From Callorhinchus milii (Eukaryota): a stretch of 64,000 nucleotides of DNA. Where the stretch lies: the NCBI RefSeq assembly GCF_018977255.1, contig NW_024704743.1, positions 86,988,001 to 87,052,000 of the forward strand, in the 5' to 3' direction. This document shows, piece after piece, positions 36,141 through 48,750 of the stretch. Position 1 is the first letter of the stretch, and each line of letters starts with the position of its first letter. Below the pieces are notes generated by a model, which was not told where the DNA came from, did not search any database, and saw nothing but the letters and a program-made list of their open reading frames with translations. A program made the translations under genes and the position numbers.

Positions 36141-37429
36141 AGTTACTGAAGGTTATATTTTTAATATCATTAAGATTTAATGATTTGAGAAAAAGTAAAA
36201 GAAAAACACTTTTCCCTGCTAAAAATGTACAAAAGGACAATAGCAATGCAAAGCTATAGAGATAAAGTTCATCCTCGTCAACATGTATCCTCAGTTATAT
36301 ATTGGGGTCCAACATGTGCTGTTTGTTATAGTTGGTCAATGTTCCATTGTCAGCAAAGTGGTGCTTAAATTGCAGAGTAACGGTTACAAAGGGAATCAAA
36401 ATCTCTGCAAAACGGTTGGAGGATGGAACTTGGTTCTGAAATGTTAGTAACCAAACATTCACTGGTTAATTTCTTTGTAAGCAGATAGTTGATCTAGTTG
36501 TCTGTGGGGGCGCCTGAATTTATGAAGGTAATAATGCGCTCGGAAAATACTGCTATATTAGTCTGATAATGTATTTTGAATCAGGCCCACTTATCATCAG
36601 GACTGTATTAGACAGAGATCGAAGGAAGCAGGCACCGCGATGCGAAGTAAATGATTTGGTTCTAAGGATTTTTTTTCATTATCATAAATTATGTAATATA
36701 AACATACTATTCCTTGCCAGAAGTTCTTGCCACAGATTAGCTGTCTTACTTGCCTATATATGTGTATAAATATATAATTTTATATATATATATACATATA
36801 TATTTACTTCTAAATAAAATATATTTTTGTGAAGTATTTTAAGTCATTTGTTTTACATGAAAGATATGGTGTTCGATCAGTAGTGCATTTCCAGTTTTTT
36901 CTTGATTGAATATTTTTTGATTTATGACATAAATTCAAATGTCAACCAAGTCTGTGAGTTCAAAGTCCTAATTTGGGGCTTGAACCCACAACCTCTAAGT
37001 CAGGGTGAAAGTGCTACCAACTGAGTCAGGCTGAAATTTCTTTGTATGTTTTGATGATTTGCATGTCCGTGGTTTAGATTGTTGTGAAAGACTTACTTGG
37101 TCTTGTTAATCTGACATACATTTCCACTTCTAATGCACATTTGCAGAATTCACAACTGACCCAAACAATTGGTTATCAAACAAGCTAAGGCCAACTATCT
37201 AAGCAGCTTTAATTGTTTCTGTAACTTTGTTTAAAAGGAATAGGTGAACACTTTTCTTACAATTTGATCCTTTCTTAATGCTGGGATAATAAAATATGCT
37301 TCAACCCCTCTCCCCCATTACTGGAACAACAACAATTTCCATTTATATACAGCCCTTCAAGTGGGTAGTGTCTTGGAACACTTAACAGTACAGAGCTTGA
37401 CCTAAGTGCATACAGAACTCTGACCAGGG

Positions 37430-38400
37430 CACTAATCACAAGTTCACCAGTTTTGGTGGGTTACTACATCTTGTACAGCTGCTTTTGCTCTAGTTGAATG
37501 TTTCACAAGCATCAATAAGCAATCCCTGATTGATTCAATTAAGTCATTTGTATTTTTACTCTTCCCCTCCAGCTGTCCCAAATCTGGCCAGGATGCTGAA
37601 ATCGTCATGATTTGTACATCCTGCTGCCTTTCTTATCTGTTCAAACAGCCCTTCAACTGCCTATTCACTTTGGGCTGGTGGTCTATAGAAATTGCCAGTT
37701 AATGACTTGTTGTTCTTATCATGACTGATCTCTTTCCTTCATGTATTCATACTTTTAATTTATGCTTTCCAGTCATACCCTCACAAATGTTTCTCTACCT
37801 CCACAACCAATACTCTATTTGATAGGTCAATCTTTTTACAAAAGATTTTGGACTATCTCAGATCCAACTGATGGTCATAGCCATATTTTTGTGATCAATA
37901 AAAAGATTAGTTGAATAAATCTCTAATTATAACAATTATTATGCCTGATACTCCTTGCATTTTTTATAAAAGCAAATTATTATTTGAGCCTATTTTTCTC
38001 TAGTTGCTCCTTCTACAAATCATCTGCTTTTCTCTGCTCTTGATTTTGTACATCAACCCCCAATTCTACTCAGCCTGTGTTGCTACATTATATGCCTTCT
38101 AACCCACTGACCTTCCATATACACTCAGAAACCTGTTCACCAATTCACCAGGTGTCAGGACCCAGGTATTCTGTTTACAGCTAGGTAAGGATTCAAGATT
38201 ATTTTTATGATCACCTTATTCAGTGAGTTTGCCATGAATCATAGCCCATCATAAGTCACTAACATACCTCTGGGCCAGATAGTTTGGACTCCTCAGTCTT
38301 CTTATGCAAGTTTATCACAATATCTTTATTTACTTCCATTTGACCCATTGCCTTTGCGTGTATGATTTAATTTGCCATAGAACCAAATTTCCCAGCCAGA
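37430..38400 (-). mobile_element. Very old CR1-type LINE remnant (endonuclease region)
   Basis: Reverse complement of ~37665-37697 translates GNFYRPPAQSE, matching the CR1 APE motif G-x-Y-Y-R-P-P; extent uncertain. Confidence 0.45.
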
Positions 38401-39454
38401 AGAAGGGCATTCAGACCATCGTGTCTGTGCTGAATGTTTAAGACCATTCATTGCAATTTGAATGTTGTGGGAGGGAGGGAGGGGAGGTGGGATCACTTAC
38501 AAAGGGAGAAATGAATACTAAAAATGGGATAGACTCCCATTGCATGAAACTTATTTACTTTTTTTGTTCTATCAGAGTTCTGTACAATTTGTACATTCAG
38601 TGCTGATTATTTCTGCAGATTGCATTCTGTAATCATATCTTTGCTTAATGTGTCTTATACAAACCACAAAAAATTTCAACATAAAAAGTGGAAAAAAAGA
38701 TTGGTCCCGTGAATCTCTCCAGAGATAGTTTTATCTTGAGGGTGGTGATGATTTATTTCTCTAACTTTGAATGAGACACTGTATTACAAATCCTTGGATC
38801 TCAGAACAGATTGCTCAACTTTTGATAGCATTGAATGCTTTTCTGCTGCTCCCCTTGAAGAAGGAAAGATAATTTCTAAAGTTTACTCTGCTCAATTATC
38901 GGTGCAAAGGGTCATCTCCAGTACGCTGAGAGGACAGGGCCTTTGCACTACCAATTTAACAAACAAGTGAGTGGCTATGTAACACAGGTTAATATTAGCA
39001 GCTGTCTGCTCAAAGCATCGCACAACACTTTATTTCTCAGTTCTATAAATGACGGTGGAGCCTGTCAAATTCTTGTGACATGCATGCTATTACTTTGCTG
39101 TACCTTCCTAGGAAGGTCTCCTGGAATACCACACTAACCTGGGGAGATCAATTGCAAATTAAATTTGATACAGATTTTAAAAAATACAAGGCATTACATA
39201 CAGGAAGTAAAAACAATTGGGAGGCATAGGTGTTCTACTGAAAGGATAGGACTCATCAAGGAGGATGCCAAAAGAAATCTAGGGAGATTAGTTGTTTGTC
39301 ATTTGCCTTGTTGGACTAGTGTGAGCAGCAATAAACATAATGCTGGGCTACATTGTTTGAGTTCAGATCCGTAGATTTCATGGTGAAGCGCACGGGGATT
39401 ATTTTGTATAGCTCTGATTGTCACATCGTATAGGAACTCCCCAGCTGTGTAGCA

Positions 39455-39882
39455 GAGAGCAACCAGGATGATGGCCAGTGTTAGAGAATTAAACTATAAG
39501 GAACGATTAGATAAGATGGGATTCTTCAGGCTTGAAAAGAAACAGCAACACATTTCATTTGTATAGCGCCTTTTATGTCGGGAGGATGTTCCAAGGTACT
39601 GGACAGTCAGGATTTGCACCTAACCAGGGGTTTGAGATCAGGAGGGGTGGGAAGATGACTGAAGGCGTGGTCAAAGAGGAGAGTCATTAGATGAGCCTTG
39701 ATGGGAGGGGGCGATGCGAAGGGACTGGGATGGAGTTTCAAAGGGTGGGGGCAGAAAGGTTGAAGGGCCAATGCTGATGGTGGGGCAGCAAGGGACATGG
39801 AGCAGGCAGGAGTCTGCTGAGCGGAGGAAGAGGACAAGACATTTCAGAGGGGACATTATAGAGGTTTATAAGATGCTAAATT
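39455..39882 (+). mobile_element. Old CR1 fragment interrupted by an L2
   Basis: ...ELNYKERLDKMGFFRLEK before the insert and RGDIIEVYKML after it. Confidence 0.7.
39541..39830 (-). mobile_element. L2 3' end
   Basis: CATTTGTATAGCGCCTTTTATGTCGGGAGGATGTTCCAAGG, colinear with 26113 and 61606. Confidence 0.88.
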
Positions 39883-39885
39883 ATA

Positions 39886-40150
39886 TAGAATTACATAAAC
39901 ATCACAGTATGGAAACTATTCAGGCCAACTAGTCCGTGCTAGTGTTTATATTACACACGAGCATCCATCCTCCCTAGACCACTCCCTTATCCTTATATTC
40001 CCTTCTCTTTCATGTATGCACAGTTTCCTCTTAAATAAATTGATGCATTTTGCCTCAACCACAGCTCTGGGTAGTGCGATCCATGTTCTCACCATCCTCT
40101 CACGAAGAATTTCGTCCTAAACTCCCCTTTCGATCTAATCATGACTGTTT
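39886..40150 (-). mobile_element. Old CR1 3' fragment
   Basis: ATTCAGGCCAACTAGTCCGTGCT...TTGCCTCAACCAC...CCATGTTCTCACCATCCTCTC. Confidence 0.6.
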
Positions 40151-41256
40151 TATGTAGGGAGCAGCCTAAAGAGGGTCTAAGATGTGTTTCTTTGCCCAGA
40201 AACCGGGAATCTGGAGAGGAGCAGATCAGACAGCTGATGGCGCTAACTATGGTGCCCTTGACATAAATATACCTGATTTGTTGGTGTTGGGATCCTACCA
40301 AAGTTAATTTGTTGCTTACAATGACTGGTGGTGACTACTTCTTCCATTTGTAAGATGTATTTGGTAAAAGAGAATCCTGAAAATGATGCTCCACAGCACA
40401 GTTAAAATAGCAACCAAAGAAAGTATGGAGTGAGAAACAGTCACTCAGTCCATCAAGCCATTTCCTTCCACAGACCCCATAACACCAACCTGCACAAAGT
40501 ATACTCAACCCACTTTATTTCTGACCAATTGATGGTCCCCAGCCTCAGAAGAAAGTTAGGAAAATGGTAAAGTATTCATCTCTCTACTATTGATACCAGG
40601 CATTCTGTTCTCCATGGACATCTCGTCTCTTTCCTCTCCCCCTAAAAGTTCCAACAGATTAGAAATCATGAAGTGTGTGTCTGATGAAGCGTTTGTTCAG
40701 TCTGCAACATGCCCTTCGGATAAGATGCTAAATCAAGGTCTCTCATTCCTGTTCTTGCGGATTGTTAAAGATTCTAAAGATCCTGTTTCAAAGATGAGGA
40801 AGGGAATTATCCCAGTGTCCTGACAATGATTAATAATAATAATATTAATCCTTGCATTCAATATAGAAAGAGAATGTCTCAAAACATTACAATAAAGAAT
40901 TTACTGGAAAGTGTAATGATGTGCATTTTGTAGGGAAGCAGATACTTCTCCAATTGCTCTTTATTTTTATTTGTTCTCTACAGAAATTGTGTCTCCTCCC
41001 ATGTCATAAATCGGAGTTGGATCTTTCATAATCTAGGATAATAGATAATCACTATAATGAAAGGTTCTTTCTGTGTGATCATGGAGGGTTGCCCACCTGC
41101 TTTAACTTCTGTCCTTTTCCTCTGCATCCCCCCAACCCCCAGATAAGAAAGGACTAATTGGTCACTCTTCTCATTCCTGTTTGTGGGACTTTGCTCATAA
41201 ATTATTTGGCATGTTTTTTGCATTAAGAATCACTACACTGCAAGTTAACTAAAGTA

Positions 41257-41393
41257 ACGGGTTTGCAGGGTTATGGGGAAAGGGCTGGGGAGTGGGATTG
41301 ACATTAATTGCTCTATTCAAAGAGCCGGCACAAACTCGATGGGCCGAATGGTCTCTTTTTGTGTTATACAATTCTATGATTCTATGATTCTAT
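41257..41393 (+). mobile_element. 137-bp CR1 3' end inserted in an old Deu SINE (~41150-41450)
   Basis: Near-identical to the reverse complement of 29335-29471; (ATTCTATG)n tail; AAGTA at 41252-41256 and 41394-41398. Confidence 0.92.
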
Positions 41394-41833
41394 AAGTACA
41401 TTGAGTTGTTTCAATGTGACAAGGTATTATATCCAAATAAGCATTATTTATATGAAATGCAACCATCATTTAGCCCAAATCCTCCACTAGCCTTTTCAAA
41501 CAGATACTTCTCTAATGCTCTCTATGAGAGTTAATCAGGAAAAATAATTGTTCAGGTATAACATCGATGACTTGCCTTGATCTTTTAATGCTAAGCATGT
41601 TCCCTCTCTGTTGATCATTTTAAAAAGTCAGTGTGAACATAGCGACAGTCATCTAGTTCCTACAAAGAGTTCTTGTCTGTAACTTGGAATCCTTATAAAT
41701 AAATCTTGTTTCAATCACCTGTTTATTTCTGATAAACCTCACAAATCAGAAAACAATTATTTCACAAAATAAATGTGTAATATTATGTCTTAATCTTAAT
41801 CCAACAGTGTGAACCTCACAAAGAATCAATCAT

Positions 41834-42141
41834 GTGGAGTTCACTTACACTAGTTCAGTGGTTAGAGCACTCACCTCGTAAGCGAGAGACCTGGGTTTGT
41901 TTCCCAGTAGGGAGAAATATTGAACAAGTTTCCTTGCTTCACACGCCTCTGTTAACCTAGCAGTAAATACGAATCCAGTTGTTAGTCGATTGGTGGATCA
42001 CTTTGCCGGGGGTAATAATTCTTTCAAAAAATAATAATAATAAATTGGTCACTTCAATCCAAGACTGTTTATTCTGTAAAGCGCTTTGAGACATCTCGAA
42101 GACATGATAAGGCGCTATATCAACTGCAAGGATTATTATTA
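41834..42141 (+). mobile_element. SINE family B, Deu core deleted
   Basis: TAGTTCAGTGGTTAGAGCAC...CACGCCTCTGTTAACCTAGCAGTAAA..., jumps at ~42070 to the tail. Confidence 0.9.
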
Positions 42142-42154
42142 GTAACTGAAAGAA

Positions 42155-42440
42155 AATGCTCAGTCTTGAAAGAAGATGACTCAGAGGTGATACCATAAAG
42201 GTGTACAAAATTTTAAATGGGTTTAAAAAAGTGAACCGTAGAACAAGAGGACATAGTTGTAATAGGTAATTTCAGGATAGATATCAGGAAGTTTTTCTTC
42301 ATGCAGAGGATAATCAATGAGTGGAATATGTTGCCAGGAAAGGTGGCAGAGATTCATTTAAAAAGTAGCTTCATACAGTGATAGGGAGACAGTCGGGAGA
42401 GAGGATTCTGAAGGGATGAGAGCAGATGAACCACAGAGCA
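42155..42440 (+). mobile_element. Old CR1 3' fragment
   Basis: CTCAGTCTTGAAAGAAGATGACTCAGAGGTGAT...AGAACAAGAGGACAT...TTCTTCATGCAGAGG. Confidence 0.65.
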
Positions 42441-42654
42441 TTTTTCAACTTGACCAATCAGTGACGTTGTGTGTGAATCCTATCTGCACAAAATCAAACA
42501 CGGCAAACTGGCAGTAAATGTTATTTAAGAAAAACAATCTCTATATTCTTGAATGAGAACATTTCAGAGGTGATGTTATTAGACTTTATTAGACTTTATA
42601 TGATTTTAATTAGGATTAAGAAAATAAATGAGACAATACTTTCAGATGCACTGA

Positions 42655-42903
42655 GATGGCAGAACATAAGGGCACAGGTTCAGGGTTGCAAAGGGACATT
42701 TCAGGACAGACACCAAGAAATATTTGTTTACTCAGAGGGTAATTAACAACTAGACCAGGCTATTAGGAAGGGTGGTTGGTGCCAGGGCTCTGGACTCAAT
42801 AAAAAAAAACAGCTTGATGCTGTGATGGGAAGACGTAGAACAGGTGTTCTGGAAGGAGATCAAATGGGCCAAAGGGCCTTCTTCACAAACCTCTTGTGAT
42901 CTT
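42655..42903 (+). mobile_element. Old CR1 3' end
   Basis: TTTACTCAGAGGGTAATTAAC...TGATGCTGTGATGGG...AATGGGCCAAAGGGCCTTCT. Confidence 0.7.
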
Positions 42904-44800
42904 GGGTGAATTTCAGGGGACTGATCTCACTTTGATAATGTTATTTGCATCTGCTCTGTTCGATTATTTCCAGGTACCCATTCATTCTGGAATTTAATTT
43001 CACAGGCCCATTCTGCCTGTGTTGGCTGTTTTAAGAGGAATCTTGTCTGTCCCATTTACCTGCTCTTTTTCCATACCCCAAATGCCCACATGCTTTCTTG
43101 TCCCATGTCATAAACAGGCATGTAATTTTTCAGTTAGGGGACAATGTTAGTAGATAATCAATACAACAAATGTTTCTGGATGATCATGGATGGCTGCTCA
43201 TATGCTTTGACTTCCAAGCTATTCTTTCCTCCCCCCAAACTTCCGATAAGAAGCTAGGACATTGTATAAAGACTCTGGGCTATGATTTCATAAATAATGT
43301 GTTTTGTGTATCTAGATGAAAAACCCAATGACATCTTCTGCACTTCCAGCACACTTTAAAAAATCATGAATTTTACCGATCATATATTTTTATAGTACTG
43401 TAGCTTCAAGTGTTGAATTTTGTGTTTATTCCACAAGTGAAGCTGAACCTATAACTCATGAGAAATCAGTCATGGGAGAAGCTTCACTGCTGGAATACAC
43501 ATGGTATTCAACATTGTATTGCACAGTCCTCTGACAGTACATGAGCATCGACGAGCACCATTCAGCAGAGTAACTCAGTTGCCACTTTATTGCTCTCATG
43601 AGCAGCACTGCAGGTTTTTCACAGTGGAAAAAATGTCACTGGTACTGTGATTTTTCCATTTCTTCATGAAAAAACCCGCTGTCTTGGTTGAACTCGTACA
43701 TTTCCCGCATTAACCTTGAGAGAGGCTGTCGCATGCAAGAAGTAAAAACTGTTCTCGCGAAGCTGGCGCTTACGCACACACAGCTCAGCCACTTCCCGCA
43801 TTCACAAGTCAGTTTTTTTTAATCGGGTTCTGGTTTAGCTATTGGAAATGTTGGGAGTATAGTTGAATTTCCATACCCTTGACTTCTCCCAACATTTTCC
43901 CGTAAACCCACGACACAAAATGTACCGTGTCTGCTCCGCAATATTTGACAAAAATTGCTGTGCCAAATTTGCAGCCCTATTCATAAATTCTGTGGTCAGC
44001 TATTTTCAGTGATCCGTAAATTTACTCTTGTTGGGATTAGGGGGAAATCTATAATTTTGCCTTTGAGGTTATAGTTGTTTCTGTGCCTTTAAGAGATTCT
44101 TATAACATAATCACAGCAAGCAGTTTAAAAATGTCCTAGATTGCATTCAAATTCTAAAGTGTCTCTGCGATTGCATTAAAATGATTGATAATACCAGTAA
44201 ATGTACATTAGCAGCTTTTTTTTTTAAAGATTATTCTGTCACATCCCCAAAAATGTGCTGTGGCGTTGATACTAAGCAGATGAGTATTTCATTTGTTACG
44301 CCAGTGCCCATTTGTGACCTGCTGTGTAAAAAAAAATCAAACAACACAGAAAAAATAAATATTTTCAATGAGTTCTTCCCACTGACTACAATTGAAATGA
44401 TCATGGTCAAGGTCAGTTTTGTAAAACTAAATCCAATTGAAGATATGTTAAATCCAATTGAAGATGTTTAAAACAAGAAGAAACCAAATCACTGCAGGCA
44501 GATACAGACAGAATTAAGCATTAGCCTGAAAATGGCGTGTTATCTTCAGTGTTAAGAAGACCAAAGCAATAACTCTATCAAGATACATCAACCACGATGT
44601 GGCCCTTCTGCTTTCACTGTGCATGGCTGGTAATCTCTTTTCAGTGTCAAACTTCAGACTAGAGCATCACTTCCGATTAAAAGTGAAGACAAATTATATA
44701 CTGTGGCAAAAGGAATAGGTGCTAGAACAGGACTCCTTCAGGAAGATTCACCCGTGTCTCACCATCAGTCAGAACTTCAGTATACTGTATTCAGTATATG

Positions 44801-45172
44801 GTGGAGTCCTGTAGCTCAGTGGTTAGAGCGCTTGTCTCACAAGTGAGAGGACCTGGGTTCGATTCCCGGCAGGCGAAACACTAGGCATGTTTCCTTACTC
44901 CACATGCCTCTGTTTATCTAGCAATAAATATGAACCCGGTTGTTAGTTGTTCGGCGGATCGCTTTTCAAGGGGTAATCACCCCTAACAAAAAATGTTTTT
45001 AAAAATGTGGTCACTCAATCCGTGACGGTCTGTGGGACACTGCTGTGTGCAATTGGCTGCCACATTTCGCCCACAAAACATACAGTCAATTCACTTTACA
45101 GTATATTTTGTGAAGCTCTTGAGATGTCTGGAAGACTTGCAAAGGCGCTATATCAAACGCAAGGATTATTAT
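44801..45172 (+). mobile_element. SINE family B, full length (tRNA-Ala-like head + CORE-like + Deu-like + L2-like tail)
   Basis: A box TAGCTCAGTGG 44812-44822, B box GGTTCGATTCC 44856-44866; TGTGGGACACTGCTGTGTGCAATTGGCTGCC; AAGGCGCTATATCAAACGCAAGG(ATT)n. Confidence 0.92.
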
Positions 45173-45489
45173 ACTGCAAAGCCTATGTACATGTGATGGA
45201 ATATATTGTAGCCCTTGTTTGGTGGACAACAGAGGAATCCAGTCAGTGTCTGGACTGAAAATCAAATGTTTGGATTGGAGTTCATCTGACAAACTTCCAG
45301 TACCAGGAGGCATCCCCATTTGCAACTTATTAAAATATCTTGTTTGAAATTATCATAACTTATACACCCCAAGATCGATGGTGAAACTTTACACATTGTG
45401 TGCGAAACTTTCTCTTAGAGACTTTTGTTACCTGGTGTTTGGTCTCTTATATCTAGATGTGCAGAGTTAACTCACATTCACCAAACATA

Positions 45490-45700
45490 GCAAAGGTGCT
45501 AGACTGTATATTAAGCAGTTTCTTTACCCAGAGGGTAATTATTGGCTGGAACAGGTTGCCAGGAATAGTGATGGAAGCCAGGATACTTGATTCATTTTTA
45601 AAAAGCTCGATGCTGTGATAGGAAGATGGTAGGGTGGTATTCTGAAAGAATGATATCAAATAGTCTAAAGGGCCTTCTCCATCTGCACCAATCTTGTGAA
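45490..45700 (+). mobile_element. Old CR1 3' end
   Basis: Colinear with 42700-42903. Confidence 0.7.
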
Positions 45701-46809
45701 GTAAGTCATGAACACAGCTTTGGTACACTGACTGCCTGCATTCAAAATCTGAGGCCCTCATTAATTCCCACACCCCACACCTCTTCCTCACCCATGCTCA
45801 GTCCTCCGCTTGTGCTTTCTTCAGCAATGTGAATAACTTCCTTCCACAATGTATATGTAAGTCCTGGTACTTGCTTAAATTGAGTGAAGGTCTCTGGTTT
45901 AGCTGCATTTTGCTCCTGCATTTCCTCAGATCGTCCTCCGAGTTCTCCTTGTTCTGTTATAAGACCAGATGGCATATTATCAGTTCAAATGCATACGTAT
46001 CTATTTAGGCTGCATCACACTGTTCTGCTGCCTTGATAAATGCAGCAATATTAAATATATTATGATGTCCTTGTGCACATACGGTATGCAACGATACATT
46101 CTTGGAATACATTGCATAGTTCATATAATATCAAATTATTATGAAACCCACTATGATTGTTTGTTACATCTTAGGGTTCTATAATTCACCTTTCAAGCCT
46201 TCTCTCCAAAACAAATCCACTATTGCTTCTTTGTGTGGCCTGAATTGCTTCAGAGATGGGTCTCCACACCACCTTTTGCTCTTTGTAATGTGTTGTGCCC
46301 TAATTTTGTTCTTGTTGATAAGACTCAGATATGGTAATTTAACACATGCAAGATCATTACTGTAAAACATTTACTGTCCCCTCATGGCATTTCCTTTGTA
46401 CTGTCATTTACATAACTCTGCTAGTTGCACATGTATTAATTCTCCGGAATTGCTATAATCTCTTTGTCAAAAAGCTTTCTTACTATATCTCGTTTACAAC
46501 TTTAATATTTTCTAAAATGCATTTATGTCTTGTCACCCTTTTGCCCAACATGTTTCTCCTTGCCCAACCCCTTTGACTAACACCTTATTAGACCCTCTGA
46601 ATGTTAGGATCATATCGATGCTGTGAATCATGTAGGTCCATGTTTAATGTCCCCTTTGCATGTTGGGAGGTCCACCTCCTTCAACTGCTCCATTACCAGA
46701 CCCACCAGGACGTGCAAGGCTTTGTCTAAAATTCTCTTTTGTGAATTTGTCTTTCAGTCATTTCTCTTCAAATTCCACACTCCAAAGCTATATTCATGGG
46801 CTTTTTGAA

Positions 46810-47450
46810 ATTTATAGAGCTCAAGTGGCTCATTAACCGCTTCAGAAGCATGAAGGGCTCATTATTACAGGTGCGCCCTTAGTGTTTGATACTTTTCAGT
46901 TAAGGCAAATGAAATTTGCATTTAGTGCAAACAGCGTTCAGGAACGCAGGACGCTCATGCAGTTTCATTATCATTTTGTTAGTACATTTGTTAATACATG
47001 CTGTTCTCCCAATTCGTTTTACAGAAAAGAGGAATGTTGAGCCCCAGTGACAGCAAGAAGCTTGTGCACTAATGGTTTCTTTATTTTCATTATAAGGTAC
47101 AGAAATCCAAAGGGTTGATCTCCAGAGAGCTCCACGGTAATTGGGATTGATAATACATATGTACCCAAGCAAGAAGCACATTTCCATCTTTATTACAGTG
47201 ATCATAATGGAGCAATAATTCACGGTTATCCATGGTGCAGGAAACAATAATCCACAAGAGCTGTGAAGTATTCACAGGAGGACGCCAAGTAAATTATCAA
47301 CATGTTAAATATGGCATGCTTCAAATGCACCACGTATATATACAAGCGATTGCTAATTACAGTGTGCAAAAACATTGTTACAAACAATGGAATTACGTAA
47401 TATCATTACAGCGCACCTACATTATACCAGCAGGTAGAGGACAAGCATTT
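46810..47450. promoter_or_regulatory. Putative conserved non-coding element(s)
   Basis: Repeat-free, retained CpGs, octamer ATTTGCAT at 46914, multiple CATTA/TAAT motifs. Conservation untested. Confidence 0.4.
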
Positions 47451-48233
47451 TGGGGACACTCTGAGAATTAGACCACAATGAGGAACCTTTGCAGAGGAAT
47501 TCTATGCAGGCTAGGGCCTGGATCCTGCATTGTTAAAGAACAAACACTGGTGAGGAGAGTTTGCTTTATTCAGTGAGCAATAAAATGGGACTGAAGGATA
47601 CATGGTTACTTTTCAAAAAAAAATCTAAAATAATTATAGCTTTCAACTGTAAGGTAACAAAACAATGACAGGATGTAATAATGTAAGAGAGGTCATGGAT
47701 CCTGTGTAATGTTACTCTCTGGGCTATTTTCCTTTTCACAGCACAAATTAAGAGAGGGGGCTGTGGGATATTTCTTTCCAGACCTGATCTATCGCATCAA
47801 TCCAATTTGATCCAAGCAAAAATAAGCTCAGGATTCTGCTTGTGAAAAGGGGCATGTTTCAGAGATCATATTTAACTGCACAATCAAGTCAATTTGGTCA
47901 ACATGGGTGAACGTATAACAGAAAAACATGGAGGTGAGTCACAATAGGGGCAAGCACATTCGGCATGTAAATTAGGTCCGTGGCAGATTGACATTTGATA
48001 ATTTGTATCTGGTCTGCACCAGGAATTTAATGTAAAAATATCTGTGACAAAAACTGCAACCTTAATAATGCACGTGTGCACATAAAGAGGCAGTATCATA
48101 GAAAGATATAGTAAGGAGGACCCAGCACACAGTTAAAAAAAACTCTGCTGACTACGGCAGGTATCAAGGAAACAATGAAATTCAACACTGAATCATAAAA
48201 ACAATAACGTGTCCATGACTTACTGACATTGTC

Positions 48234-48617
48234 AGTCTGGCTCAGTTGGTAGCTTTCTCCTGCCTGAGTCAGAAGATTGTAGGTTCAAGCCCACTTTGGG
48301 GTTTGGAATTCACAGTCTAAATAGACACTCCAGTGCAGTACTAGGTGAGCCCTGCATTGTCAGAGGTGCTGTCCTTTGGTGGTGTTAAACCAGGTTTTAA
48401 AACAAGGTCCTGGCTGCTGTTCAATGGCACGTTAAAGATCCCTTGGCATTGTTCGAATAGAGAAGAGAGTTTTTCCCAGGGTCCGAGCCAATAATCTCCC
48501 AGATAAAATTCATCACTTCACTGCATGGGTGTGTGGGGGACATTGCTGTATGGAAAATTGCCTGCCAGTTCACCTACAAATACACGGGCAATACACTTAA
48601 CAGTAAAATCTTGTGAA
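48234..48617 (+). mobile_element. SINE family A, near full length
   Basis: TGGCTCAGTTGGTAGC...GAGTCAGAAGATTGTAGGTTCAAGCCC...GACACTCCAGTGCAGTACT, Deu domain. Confidence 0.88.
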
Positions 48618-48750
48618 TAATAATAATAATCCTTGCATTTGAGTCTTAGCATGGCTTCTAAATGTCTCAAAACGCTTCACAGAATATACTGTAAAGTGAA
48701 TTGACTGTATATATTGTAGGCATAATGCAACAGCCAATTGAGCACAATTA
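48618..48750 (-). mobile_element. SINE family B 3' part, tail-to-tail with the previous copy
   Basis: (TAA)nTCCTTGCATTTG...AAACGCTTCACAGAATATACTGTAAAGTGAATTGACTG. Confidence 0.85.

Noticed and set aside
44428..44466. 21-bp tandem duplication (similar ~18-bp one at ~27350; microsatellites at ~13921, ~36765, ~53625)
   Set aside because: Ordinary slippage products.
44801..44875. tRNA gene
   Set aside because: A and B boxes are present, but there is no proper acceptor stem and it continues into a multi-copy SINE body.
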